A stretch of DNA of 64,000 bases from the human T2T-CHM13v2.0 reference genome, Homo sapiens: the NCBI RefSeq assembly GCF_009914755.1, contig NC_060948.1; one strand, written 5' to 3'. A program made the translations under genes and the position numbers. Under the pieces are notes generated by a model. It was given only the letters and a program-made list of their open reading frames with translations, had not been told where the DNA came from and ran no database searches. Position 1 is the first letter of the stretch; each line of letters begins with the position of its first letter. Shown one piece after another: positions 19,206-38,509 of this stretch.

Positions 19206-21303
19206 AGATCCATATTTTTTAAATGAAAAAAAATTTCAAAGGTACTCTGCTTGGTACAATAATCAAATGTATAAACTGAGGAATAAAACATAACCATGAA
19301 ACCTACTTATAACTGCATATGGAAAATACAGAGGATAATTTTTTAAATAACATATTTTGAAAGCCTTAACTAGTAATTTGAAGAGTTGGCATTTGAAAGG
19401 CCAGTATGAATATACCTTCAAAGCAGCAACACAGGTTCCCCATGAGAAAAAGCAAACACAGGGAAAATAAAAACACAAAGGTTCAATCTCTTCTGACCTT
19501 TGAAAGACACAGCACAGACAGTGGTCCTTAGGACGAAGAGCAGGAGACCCCTAATTCCGTCACCATGGCGATAGGGCATAAACATTGCTGGGTGAGGGCA
19601 CAATCCACATTGTGAGGTCCAACTGCTGCCAGGAAGACAGGAGTGCTTTTACATAGACCGAAAGGTCATTGAAGGCTCAGAGTTTTGTTTCAAGAACTGA
19701 ATCCCAAGCCCACACGTTATTAGGCTGCGCTTCTTAAAACAAGTTATGAGATGGGAAAAAGGGCACCCACAAACATACGTATACATTATGTATATAATAA
19801 TATACAGTATCATATATATAATATATATAACCTATGTATAATATTGTTTTACATCCTGCATCCTATGTTATATATATTGTATAAAATATAATAATTGATA
19901 ATATATAAGTTTTATAATTATACAATATGACATATAGTATATATTATAATTTATGACATATATAATATATGTTATATATCATATATAGAATATATTATAC
20001 GGTTAATATACGTATTAAATATAAATTATACATTATATATATTATATATAATATATCTGTTATATATAATACCCATTATGCATAATATATATATTATGTC
20101 TATGTTATATATAGTATAAAACAACATATAATAATATATAACTGTATATATAAAATGCGACATATAATATATATTATATTTTATGACATATGTAATATGT
20201 ATTATATATAATATGTTGTATGTATAATACCTATATTAAATATATATTATATGACTATGTTATTAATTACATGTCACATGTGTTATATATTATATATTTT
20301 ACATAGAATATACCGGTTACATACAATATATACTATGTTACCTATAATGTATAATTTATTACATGTAAAATAAAGAATGCAATATATTATGTAAAATTTA
20401 TAATATACAATATGTGGAATGTGATATATATAACATATAATATATGATATATGATATACAGTATATGATATATAACATACAATATATGATTCCTAATATA
20501 TATGGTATACAATATATATTTTATGATATGTATTCTATATGTTTTATATTCTGTTATATATAACTATTTGAAATTATATATAACTGTATAATATTTTATG
20601 TAAATATGTAATATAATATATATAACTATATAATATATTATATATAACTATATATTATGTTATATATACTTTTATAACATAATTTACATAAAATATCATA
20701 ATATAATATATATTATATTATTTCATATTACATAATATATATTACATATCACCCAATATAACTAACATACATAATATTATAATATAGATTATATTCTGTT
20801 ATATTAAATATCATATATATCATGTATCATATATTCTATAATATATATTACACATTATATAATATGTATGTTGTCTATTATGTGATATATATAAATATAT
20901 ATATAATTATATTTTTATACATATAACTAGATAAACATGTAATTCTACATATTTTCATTTATAATATGTAGAATTATATAATCATATATAATTATTTATA
21001 TTCTATAAAAAATTTTATCATTATATAAATTATAATATATAAAAATTATAATATGTACTACAAATATATATATTATATATCATATATGATATAGTACCTT
21101 TGTTATATATCATAATACATATAAGTGTGTATTATGTTATCTATAATTATATAATTTCATATATAAGATGTATAATATGTATCATATATTATATATGTTA
21201 TGTAATATATATAGTATATATAAGATGACACAGGATAAATATTATATACTATGACATATAAAATATATGAGGTTATATGTTACATATAAGGCATAGCACA
21301 TAA

Positions 21304-21618
<315 letters not shown>

Positions 21619-23716
21619 AGATCCATATTTTTTAAATGAAAAAAAATTTCAAAGGTACTCTGCTTGGTACAATAATCAAATGTATAAACTGAGGAATAAA
21701 ACATAACCATGAAACCTACTTATAACTGCATATGGAAAATACAGAGGATAATTTTTTAAATAACATATTTTGAAAGCCTTAACTAGTAATTTGAAGAGTT
21801 GGCATTTGAAAGGCCAGTATGAATATACCTTCAAAGCAGCAACACAGGTTCCCCATGAGAAAAAGCAAACACAGGGAAAATAAAAACACAAAGGTTCAAT
21901 CTCTTCTGACCTTTGAAAGACACAGCACAGACAGTGGTCCTTAGGACGAAGAGCAGGAGACCCCTAATTCCGTCACCATGGCGATAGGGCATAAACATTG
22001 CTGGGTGAGGGCACAATCCACATTGTGAGGTCCAACTGCTGCCAGGAAGACAGGAGTGCTTTTACATAGACCGAAAGGTCATTGAAGGCTCAGAGTTTTG
22101 TTTCAAGAACTGAATCCCAAGCCCACACGTTATTAGGCTGCGCTTCTTAAAACAAGTGATGAGATGGGAAAAAGGGCACCCACAAACATACGTATACATT
22201 ATGTATATAATAATATACAGTATCATATATATAATATATATAACCTATGTATAATATTGTTTTACATCCTGCATCTTATGTTATATATATTGTATAAAAT
22301 ATAATAATTGATAATATATAAGTTTTATAATTATACAATATGACATATAGTATATATTATAATTTATGACATATATAATATATGTTATATATCATATATA
22401 GAATATATTATACGGTTAATATACGTATTAAATATAAATTATACATTATATATATTATATATAATATATCTGTTATATATAATACCCATTATGCATAATA
22501 TATGTATTATGTCTATGTTATATATAGTATAAAACAACATATAATAATATATAATTGTATATATAAAATGCGACATATAATATATATTATATTTTATAAC
22601 ATATGTAATATATATTATATATAATACGTTGTAAGTATAATACCTATATTAAATATATATTATATGACTATGTTATTAATTACATGTCACATGTGTTATA
22701 TATTATATATTTTACATAGAATATACCGGTTACATACAATATATACTATGTTACCTATAATGTATAATTTATTACATGTAAAATAAAGAATGCAATATAT
22801 TATGTAAAATTTATAATATACAATATGTGGAATGTGATATATATAACATATAATATATGATATATGATATACAGTATATGATATATAACATACAATATAT
22901 GATTCCTAATATATATCGTATACAATATATATTTTATGATATGTATTCTATATGTTTTATATTCTGTTATATTTAACTATTTGAAATTATATATAACTGT
23001 ATAATATTTTATGTAAATATGTAATATAATATATATAACTATATAATATATTATATATAACTATATATTATGTTATATATACTTTTATAACATAATTTAC
23101 ATAAAATATCATAATATAATATATATTATATAATTTCATATTACATAATATATATTACATATCACCCAATATAACTAACATACATAATATTATAATATAG
23201 ATTATATTGTGTTATATTAAATATCATATATATCATGTATCATATATTCTATAATATATATTACACATTATATAATATGTATGTTGTCTATTATGTGATA
23301 TATATAACTATATATATAATTATATTTTTATACATATAACTAGATAAACATGTAATTCTACATATTTTCATTTATAATATGTAGAATTATATAATCATAT
23401 ATAATTATTTATATTCTATAAAAAATTTTATCATTATATAAATTATAATATATAAAAATTATAATATGTACTAAAAATATATATATTATATATCATATAT
23501 GATATAGTACCTTTGTTATATATCATAATACATATAAATGTGTATTATGTTATCTATAATTATATAATTTCATATATAAGATGTATAATATGTATCATAT
23601 ATTATATATGTTATGTAATATATATAGTATATATAAGATGACACAGGATAAATATTATATACTATGAGATATTAAATATATGAGGTTATATGTTACATAT
23701 AAGGCATAGCACATAA

Positions 23717-24031
<315 letters not shown>

Positions 24032-26129
24032 AGATCCATATTTTTTAAATGAAAAAAAATTTCAAAGGTACTCTGCTTGGTACAATAATCAAATGTATAA
24101 ACTGAGGAATAAAACATAACCATGAAACCTACTTATAACTGCATATGGAAAATACAGAGGATAATTTTTTAAATAACATATTTTGAAAGCCTTAACTAGT
24201 AATTTGAAGAGTTGGCATTTGAAAGGCCAGTATGAATATACCTTCAAAGCAGCAACACAGGTTCCCCATGAGAAAAAGCAAACACAGGGAAAATAAAAAC
24301 ACAAAGGTTCAATCTCTTCTGACCTTTGAAAGACACAGCACAGACAGTGGTCCTTAGGACGAAGAGCAGGAGACCCCTAATTCCGTCACCATGGCGATAG
24401 GGCATAAACATTGCTGGGTGAGGGCACAATCCACATTGTGAGGTCCAACTGCTGCCAGGAAGACAGGAGTGCTTTTACATAGACCGAAAGGTCATTGAAG
24501 GCTCAGAGTTTTGTTTCAAGAACTGAATCCCAAGCCCACACGTTATTAGGCTGCGCTTCTTAAAACAAGTTATGAGATGGGAAAAAGGGCACCCACAAAC
24601 ATACGTATACATTATGTATATAATAATATACAGTATCATATATATAATATATATAACCTATGTATAATATTGTTTTACATCCTGCATCTTATGTTATATA
24701 TATTGTATAAAATATAATAATTGATAATATATAAGTTTTATAATTATACAATATGACATATAGTATATATTATAATTTATGACATATATAATATATGTTA
24801 TATGTCATATATAGAATATATTATACGGTTAATATACGTATTAAATATAAATTATACATTATATATATTATATATAATATATCTGTTATATATAATACCC
24901 ATTATGCATAATATATATATTATGTCTATGTTATATATAGTACAAAACAACATATAATAATATATAATTGTATATATAAAATGCGACATATAATATATAT
25001 TATATTTTATAACATATGTAATATATATTATATATAATACGTTGTATGTATAATACCTATATTAAATATATATTATATGACTATGTTATTAATTACATGT
25101 CACATGTGTTATATATTATATATTTTACATAGAATATACCGGTTACATACAATATATACTATGTTACCTATAATGTATAATTTATTACATGTAAAATAAA
25201 GAATGCAATATATTATGTAAAATTTATAATATACAATATGTGGAATGTGATATATATAACATATAATATATGATATATGATATAGAGTATATGATATATA
25301 ACATACAATATATGATTCCTAATATATATGGTATAAAATATATATTTTATGATATGTATTCTATATGTATTATATTCTGTTATATATAACTATTTGAAAT
25401 TATATATAACTGTATAATATTTTATGTAAATATGTAATATAATATATATAACTATATAATATATTATAGATAACTATATATTATGTTATATATACTTTTA
25501 TAACATAATTTACATCAAATATCATAATATAATATATATTATATTATTTCATATTACATAATATATATTACATATCACCCAATATAACTAACATACATAA
25601 TATTATAATATAGATTATATTGTGTTATATTAAATGTCATATATATCATGTATCATATATTCTATAATATATATTACACATTATATAATATGTATGTTGT
25701 CTATTATGTGATATATATAACTATATATATAATTATATTTTTATACATATAACTAGATAAACATGTAATTCTACATATTTTCATTTATAATATGTAGAAT
25801 TATATAATCATATATAATTATTTATATTCTATAAAAAATTTTATCATTATATAAATTATAATATATAAAAATTATAATATGTACTACAAATATATATATT
25901 ATATATCATATATGATATAGTACCTTTGTTATATATCATAATACATATAAATGTGTATTATGTTATCTATAATTATATAATTTCATATATAAGATGTATA
26001 ATATGTATCATACATTATATATGTTATGTAATATATATAGTATATATAAGATGACACAGGATAAATATTATATACTATGACATATTAAATATATGAGGTT
26101 ATATGTTACATATAAGGCATAGCACATAA

Positions 26130-26444
<315 letters not shown>

Positions 26445-28542
26445 AGATCCATATTTTTTAAATGAAAAAAAATTTCAAAGGTACTCTGCTTGGTACAATA
26501 ATCAAATGTATAAACTGAGGAATAAAACATAACCATGAAACCTACTTATAACTGCATATGGAAAATACAGAGGATAATTTTTTAAATAACATATTTTGAA
26601 AGCCTTAACTAGTAATTTGAAGAGTTGGCATTTGAAAGGCCAGTATGAATATACCTTCAAAGCAGCAACACAGGTTCCCCATGAGAAAAAGCAAACACAG
26701 GGAAAATAAAAACACAAAGGTTCAATCTCTTCTGACCTTTGAAAGACACAGCACAGACAGTGGTCCTTAGGACGAAGAGCAGGAGACCCCTAATTCCGTC
26801 ACCATGGCGATAGGGCATAAACATTGCTGGGTGAGGGCACAATCCACATTGTGAGGTCCAACTGCTGCCAGGAAGACAGGAGTGCTTTTACATAGACCGA
26901 AAGGTCATTGAAGGCTCAGAGTTTTGTTTCAAGAACTGAATCCCAAGCCCACACGTTATTAGGCTGCGCTTCTTAAAACAAGTTATGAGATGGGAAAAAG
27001 GGCACCCACAAACATACGTATACATTATGTATATAATAATATACAGTATCATATATATAATATATATAACCTATGTATAATATTGTTTTACATCCTGCAT
27101 CTTATGTTATATATATTGTATAAAATATAATAATTGATAATATATAAGTTTTATAATTATACAATATGACATATAGTATATATTATAATTTATGACATAT
27201 ATAATATATGTTATATGTCATATATAGAATATATTATACGGTTAATATACGTATTAAATATAAATTATACATTATATATATTATATATAATATATCTGTT
27301 ATATATAATACCCATTATGCATAATATATATATTATGTCTATGTTATATATAGTATAAAACAACATATAATAATATATAACTGTATATATAAAATGCGAC
27401 ATATAATATATATTATATTTTATAACATATGTAATATATATTATATATAATACGTTGTATGTATAATACCTATATTAAATATATATTATATGACTATGTT
27501 ATTAATTACATGTCACATGTGTTATATATTATATATTTTACATAGAATATACCGGTTACATACAATATATACTATGTTACCTATAATGTATAATTTATTA
27601 CATGTAAAATAAAGAATGCAATATATTATGTAAAATTTATAATATACAATATGTGGAATGTGATATATATAACATATAATATATGATATATGATATACAG
27701 TATATGATATATAACATACAATATATGATTCCTAATATATATGGTATACAATATATATTTTATGATATGTATTCTATATGTTTTATATTCTGTTATATTT
27801 AACTATTTGAAATTATATATAACTGTATAATATTTTATGTAAATATGTAATATAATATATATAACTATATAATATATTATATATAACTATATATTATGTT
27901 ATATATACTTTTATAACATAATTTACATAAAATATCATAATATAATATATATTATATTATTTCATATTACATAATATATATTACATATCACCCAATATAA
28001 CTAACATACATAATATTATAATGTAGATTATATTGTGTTATATTAAATGACATATATATCATGTATCATATATTCTATAATATATATTACACATTATATA
28101 ATATGTATGTTGTCTATTATGTGATATATATAACTATATATATAATTATATTTTTATACATATAACTAGATAAACATGTAATTCTACATATTTTCATTTA
28201 TAATATGTAGAATTATATAATCATATATAATTATTTATATTCTATAAAAAATTTTATCATTATATAAATTATAATATATAAAAATTATAATATGTACTAC
28301 AAATATATATATTATATATCATATATGATATAGTACCTTTGTTATATATCATAATACATATAAATGTGTATTATGTTATCTATAATTATATAATTTCATA
28401 TATAAGATGTATAATATGTATCATATATTATATATGTTATGTAATATATATAGTATATATAAGATGACACAGGATAAATATTATATACTATGACATATTA
28501 AATATATGAGGTTATATGTTACATATAAGGCATAGCACATAA

Positions 28543-28857
<315 letters not shown>

Positions 28858-30955
28858 AGATCCATATTTTTTAAATGAAAAAAAATTTCAAAGGTACTCT
28901 GCTTGGTACAATAATCAAATGTATAAACTGAGGAATAAAACATAACCATGAAACCTACTTATAACTGCATATGGAAAATACAGAGGATAATTTTTTAAAT
29001 AACATATTTTGAAAGCCTTAACTAGTAATTTGAAGAGTTGGCATTTGAAAGGCCAGTATGAATATACCTTCAAAGCAGCAACACAGGTTCCCCATGAGAA
29101 AAAGCAAACACAGGGAAAATAAAAACACAAAGGTTCAATCTCTTCTGACCTTTGAAAGACACAGCACAGACAGTGGTCCTTAGGACGAAGAGCAGGAGAC
29201 CCCTAATTCCGTCACCATGGCGATAGGGCATAAACATTGCTGGGTGAGGGCACAATCCACATTGTGAGGTCCAACTGCTGCCAGGAAGACAGGAGTGCTT
29301 TTACATAGACCGAAAGGTCATTGAAGGCTCAGAGTTTTGTTTCAAGAACTGAATCCCAAGCCCACACGTTATTAGGCTGCGCTTCTTAAAACAAGTTATG
29401 AGATGGGAAAAAGGGCACCCACAAACATACGTATACATTATGTATATAATATTATACAGTATCATATATATAATATATATAACCTATGTATAATATTGTT
29501 TTACATCCTGCATCCTATGTTATATATATTGTATAAAATATAATAATTGATAATATATAAGTTTTATAATTATACAATATGACATATAGTATATATTATA
29601 ATTTATGACATATATAATATATGTTATATATCATATATAGAATATATTATACGGTTAATATACGTATTAAATATAAATTATATATTATATATATTATATA
29701 TAATATATCTGTTATATATAATACCCATTATGCATAATATATATATTATGTCTATGTTATATATAGTATAAAACAACATATAATAATATATAATTGTATA
29801 TATAAAATGCGACATATAATATATATTATATTTTATAACATATGTAATATATATTATATATAATACGTTGTATGTATAATACCTATATTAAATATATATT
29901 ATATGACTATGTTATTAATTACATGTCACATGTGTTATATATTATATATTTTACATAGAATATACCGGTTACATACAATATATACTATGTTACCTATAAT
30001 GTATAATTTATTACAAGTAAAATAAAGAATGCAATATATTCTGTATAATTTATAATATACCATATGTGGAATGTGATATATATAACATATAATATATGAT
30101 ATATGATATACAGTATATGATATATAACATACAATATATGATTCCTAATATATATGGTATACAATATATATTTTATGATATGTATTCTATATGTTTTATA
30201 TTCTGTTATATATAACTATTTGAAATTATATATAACTGTATAATATTTTATGTAAATATGTAACATAATATATATAACTATATAATATATTATATATAAC
30301 TATATATTATGTTATATATACTTTTATAACATAATTTACATAAAATATCATAATATAATATATATTATATTATTTCATATTACATAATATATATTACATA
30401 TCACCCAATATAACTAACATACATAATATTATAATATAGATTATATTGTGTTATATTAAATATCATATATATCATGTATCATATATTCTATAATATATAT
30501 TACACATTATATAATATGTATGTTGTCTATTATGTGATATATATAACTATATGTATAATTATATTTTTATACATATAACTAGATAAACATGTAATTCTAC
30601 ATATTTTCATTTATAATATGTAGAATTATATAATCATATATAATTATTTATATTCTATAAAAAATTTTATCTTTATATAAATTATAATATATAAAAATTA
30701 TAATATGTACTACAAATATATATATTATATATCATATATGATATAGTACCTTTGTTATATATCATAATACATATAAATGTGTATTATGTTATCTATAATT
30801 ATATAATTTCATATATAAGATGTATAATATGTATCATATATTATATATGTTATGTAATATATATAGTATATATAAGATGACACAGGATAAATATTATATA
30901 CTATGACATATTAAATATATGAGGTTATATGTTACATATAAGGCATAGCACATAA

Positions 30956-31270
<315 letters not shown>

Positions 31271-33368
31271 AGATCCATATTTTTTAAATGAAAAAAAATT
31301 TCAAAGGTACTCTGCTTGGTACAATAATCAAATGTATAAACTGAGGAATAAAACATAACCATGAAACCTACTTATAACTGCATATGGAAAATACAGAGGA
31401 TAATTTTTTAAATAACATATTTTGAAAGCCTTAACTAGTAATTTGAAGAGTTGGCATTTGAAAGGCCAGTATGAATATACCTTCAAAGCAGCAACACAGG
31501 TTCCCCATGAGAAAAAGCAAACACAGGGAAAATAAAAACACAAAGGTTCAATCTCTTCTGACCTTTGAAAGACACAGCACAGACAGTGGTCCTTAGGACG
31601 AAGAGCAGGAGACCCCTAATTCCGTCACCATGGCGATAGGGCATAAACATTGCTGGGTGAGGGCACAATCCACATTGTGAGGTCCAACTGCTGCCAGGAA
31701 GACAGGAGTGCTTTTACATAGACCGAAAGGTCATTGAAGGCTCAGAGTTTTGTTTCAAGAACTGAATCCCAAGCCCACACGTTATTAGGCTGCGCTTCTT
31801 AAAACAAGTTATGAGATGGGAAAAAGGGCACCCACAAACATACGTATACATTATGTATATAATAATATACAGTATCATATATATAATATATATAACCTAT
31901 GTATAATATTGTTTTACATCCTGCATCTTATGTTATATATATTGTATAAAATATAATAATTGATAATATATAAGTTTTATAATTATACAATATGACATAT
32001 AGTATATATTATAATTTATGACATATATAATATATGTTATATATCATATATAGAATATATTATACGGTTAATATACGTATTAAATATAAATTATACATTA
32101 TATATATTATATATAATATATCTGTTATATATAATACCCATTATGCATAATATATATATTATGTCTATGTTATATATAGTATAAAACAACATATAGTAAT
32201 ATATAATTGTATATATAAAATGCGACATATAATATATATTATATTTTATAACATATGTAATATATATTATATATAATACGTTGTATGTATAATACCTATA
32301 TTAAATATATATTATATGACTATGTTATTAATTACATGTCACATGTGTTATATATTATATATTTTACATAGAATATACCGGTTACATACAATATATACTA
32401 TGTTACCTATAATGTATAATTTATTACAAGTAAAATAAAGAATGCAATATATTATGTATAATTTATAATATACCATATGTGGAATGTGATATATATAACA
32501 TATAATATATGATATATGATATACAGTATATGATATATAACATACAATATATGATTCCTAATATATATGGTATACAATATATATTTTATGATATGTATTC
32601 TATATGTTTTATATTCTGTTATATATAACTATTTGAAATTATATATAACTGTATAATATTTTATGTAAATATGTAATATAATATATATAACTATATAATA
32701 TATTATATATAACTATATATTATGTTATATATACTTTTATAACATAATTTACATAAAATATCATAATATAATATATATTATATTATTTCATATTACATAA
32801 TATATATTACATATCACCCAATATAACTAACATACATAATATTATAATATAGATTATATTGTGTTATATTAAATATCATATATATCATGTATCATATATT
32901 CTATAATATATATTACACATTATATAATATGTATGTTGTCTATTATGTGATATATATAACTATATATATAATTATATTTTTATACATCTAACTAGATAAA
33001 CATGTAATTCTACATATTTTCATTTATAATATGTAGAATTATATAATCATATATAATTATTTATATTCTATAAAAAATTTTATCTTTATATAAATTATAA
33101 TATATAAAAATTATAATATGTACTACAAATATATATATTATATATCATATATGATATAGTACCTTTGTTATATATCATAATACATATAAATGTGTATTAT
33201 GTTATCTATAATTATATAATTTCATATATAAGATGTATAATATGTATCATATATTATATATGTTATGTAATATATATAGTATATATAAGATGACACAGGA
33301 TAAATATTATATACTATGACATATTAAATATATGAGGTTATATGTTACATATAAGGCATAGCACATAA

Positions 33369-33683
<315 letters not shown>

Positions 33684-35781
33684 AGATCCATATTTTTTAA
33701 ATGAAAAAAAATTTCAAAGGTACTCTGCTTGGTACAATAATCAAATGTATAAACTGAGGAATAAAACATAACCATGAAACCTACTTATAACTGCATATGG
33801 AAAATACAGAGGATAATTTTTTAAATAACATATTTTGAAAGCCTTAACTAGTAATTTGAAGAGTTGGCATTTGAAAGGCCAGTATGAATATACCTTCAAA
33901 GCAGCAACACAGGTTCCCCATGAGAAAAAGCAAACACAGGGAAAATAAAAACACAAAGGTTCAATCTCTTCTGACCTTTGAAAGACACAGCACAGACAGT
34001 GGTCCTTAGGACGAAGAGCAGGAGACCCCTAATTCCGTCACCATGGCGATAGGGCATAAACATTGCTGGGTGAGGGCACAATCCACATTGTGAGGTCCAA
34101 CTGCTGCCAGGAAGACAGGAGTGCTTTTACATAGACCGAAAGGTCATTGAAGGCTCAGAGTTTTGTTTCAAGAACTGAATCCCAAGCCCACACGTTATTA
34201 GGCTGCGCTTCTTAAAACAAGTATTGAGATGGGAAAAAGGGCACCCACAAACATACGTATACATTATGTATATAATAATATACAGTATCATATATATAAT
34301 ATATATAACCTATGTATAATATTGTTTTACATCCTGCATCTTATGTTATATATATTGTATAAAATATAATAATTGATAATATATAAGTTTTATAATTATA
34401 CAATATGACATATAGTATATATTATAATTTATGACATATATAATATATGTTATATATCATATATAGAATATATTATACGGTTAATATACGTATTAAATAT
34501 AAATTATACATTATATATATTATATATAATATATCTGTTATATATAATACCCATTATGCATAATATATATATTATGTCTATGTTATATATAGTATAAAAC
34601 AACATATAGTAATATATAATTGTATATATAAAATGCGACATATAATATATATTATATTTTATAACATATGTAATATATATTATATATAATACGTTGTATG
34701 TATAATACCTATATTAAATATATATTATATGACTATGTTATTAATTACATGTCACATGTGTTATATATTATATATTTTACATAGAATATACCGGTTACAT
34801 ACAATATATACTATGTTACCTATAATGTATAATTTATTACAAGTAAAATAAAGAATGCAATATATTATGTATAATTTATAATATACCATATGTGGAATGT
34901 GATATATATAACATATAATATATGATATATGATATACAGTATATGATATATAACATACAATATATGATTCCTAATATATATGGTATACAATATATATTTT
35001 ATGATATGTATTCTATATGTTTTATATTCTGTTATATATAACTATTTGAAATTATATATAACTGTATAATATTTTATGTAAATATGTAATATAATATATA
35101 TAACTATATAATATATTATATATAACTATATATTATGTTATATATACTTTTATAACATAATTTACATAAAATATCATAATATAATATATATTATATTATT
35201 TCATATTACATAATATATATTACATATCACCCAATATAACTAACATACATAATATTATAATATAGATTATATTGTGTTATATTAAATATCATATATATCA
35301 TGTATCATATATTCTATAATATATATTACACATTATATAATATGTATGTTGTCTATTATGTGATATATATAACTATATATATAATTATATTTTTATACAT
35401 ATAACTAGATAAACATGTAATTCTACATATTTTCATTTATAATATGTAGAATTATATAATCATATATAATTATTTATATTCTATAAAAAATTTTATCATT
35501 ATATAAATTATAATATATAAAAATTATAATATGTACTACAAATATATATATTATATATCATATATGATATAGTACCTTTGTTATATATCATAATACATAT
35601 AAATGTGTATTATGTTATCTATAATTATATAATTTCATATATAAGATGTATAATATGTATCATATATTATATATGTTATGTAATATATATAGTATATATA
35701 AGATGACACAGGATAAATATTATATACTATGACATATTAAATATATGAGGTTATATGTTACATATAAGGCATAGCACATAA

Positions 35782-36096
<315 letters not shown>

Positions 36097-38217
36097 AGAT
36101 CCATATTTTTTAAATGAAAAAAAATTTCAAAGGTACTCTGCTTGGTACAATAATCAAATGTATAAACTGAGGAATAAAACATAACCATGAAACCTACTTA
36201 TAACTGCATATGGAAAATACAGAGGATAATTTTTTAAATAACATATTTTGAAAGCCTTAACTAGTAATTTGAAGAGTTGGCATTTGAAAGGCCAGTATGA
36301 ATATACCTTCAAAGCAGCAACACAGGTTCCCCATGAGAAAAAGCAAACACAGGGAAAATAAAAACACAAAGGTTCAATCTCTTCTGACCTTTGAAAGACA
36401 CAGCACAGACAGTGGTCCTTAGGACGAAGAGCAGGAGACCCCTAATTCCGTCACCATGGCGATAGGGCATAAACATTGCTGGGTGAGGGCACAATCCACA
36501 TTGTGAGGTCCAACTGCTGCCAGGAAGACAGGAGTGCTTTTACATAGACCGAAAGGTCATTGAAGGCTCAGAGTTTTGTTTCAAGAACTGAATCCCAAGC
36601 CCACACGTTATTAGGCTGCGCTTCTTAAAACAAGTTATGAGATGGGAAAAAGGGCACCCACAAACATACGTATACATTATGTATATAATAATATACAGTA
36701 TCATATATATAATATATATAACCTATGTATAATATTGTTTTACATCCTGCATCTTATGTTATATATATTGTATAAAATATAATAATTGATAATATATAAG
36801 TTTTATAATTATACAATATGACATATAGTATATATTATAATTTATGACATATATAATATATGTTATATATCATATATAGAATATATTATACGGTTAATAT
36901 ACGTATTAAATATAAATTATACATTATATATATTATATATAATATATCTGTTATATATAATACCCATTATGCATAATATATATATTATGTCTATGTTATA
37001 TATAGTATAAAACAACATATAGTAATATATAATTGTATATATAAAATGCGACATATAATATATATTATATTTTATAACATATGTAATATATATTATATAT
37101 AATACGTTGTATGTATAATACCTATATTAAATATATATTATATGACTATGTTATTAATTACATGTCACATGTGTTATATATTATATATTTTACATAGAAT
37201 ATACCGGTTACATACAATATATACTATGTTACCTATAATGTATAATTTATTACAAGTAAAATAAAGAATGCAATATATTATGTATAATTTATAATATACC
37301 ATATGTGGAATGTGATATATATAACATATAATATATGATATATGATATACAGTATATGATATATAACATACAATATATGATTCCTAATATATATGGTATA
37401 CAATATATATTTTATGATATGTATTCTATATGTTTTATATTCTGTTATATATAACTATTTGAAATTATATATAACTGTATAATATTTTATGTAAATATGT
37501 AATATAATATATATAACTATATAATATATTATATATAACTATATATTATGTTATATATACTTTTATAACATAATTTACATAAAATATCATAATATAATAT
37601 ATATTATATTATTTCATATTACATAATATATATTACATATCACCCAATATAACTAACATACATAATATTATAATATAGATTATATTGTGTTATATTAAAT
37701 ATCATATATATCATGTATCATATATTCTATAATATATATTACACATTATATAATATGTATGTTGTCTATTATGTGATATATATAACTATATATATAATTA
37801 TATTTTTATACATCTAACTAGATAAACATGTAATTCTACATATTTTCATTTATAATATGTAGAATTATATAATCATATATAATTATTTATATTCTATAAA
37901 AAATTTTATCATTATATAAATTATAATATATAAAAATTATAATATGTACTACAAATATATGTATTATATATCATACATGATATAGTACCTTTGTTATATA
38001 TCATAATACATATAAATGTGTATTATGTTATCTATAATTATATAATTTCATATATAAGATGTATAATATGTATCATATATTATATATGTTATGTAATATA
38101 TATAGTATATATAAGATGACACAGGATAAATATTATATACTATGACATATAAAATATATGAGGTTATATGTTACATATAAGGCATAGCACATAACATGTA
38201 ATATATATCATATATAA

Positions 38218-38509
38218 TTGTTTTTTAGACAGAATCTTGTCTTGTTGCACAGGGTGCGGTACAATGGCGCCATCTTTGCTCACTGCAACTTCTGCCTCAC
38301 GGGTCCAAGCGATTGTCCTCCCTCAGCCTCCCAGGTAGCTGGGACTACACCACACTGGGACTACACCAGCTGCCACCATGCCTAGCTAATTTTTTGGATT
38401 TTTAGTAGTGACAGCGTTTCACTGTATTGGCCAGGATGGTCTTGATCTCTTCACCTTGTGATCCCCTTGCCTTGGCCTCCAAATTTGCTGGGATTACAGG
38501 CCTGAGCCA
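38218..38509 (-). mobile_element. Diverged Alu, unit 16
   Basis: Tandem copy of 1991-2282 with a few private substitutions near the tail. Confidence 0.95.
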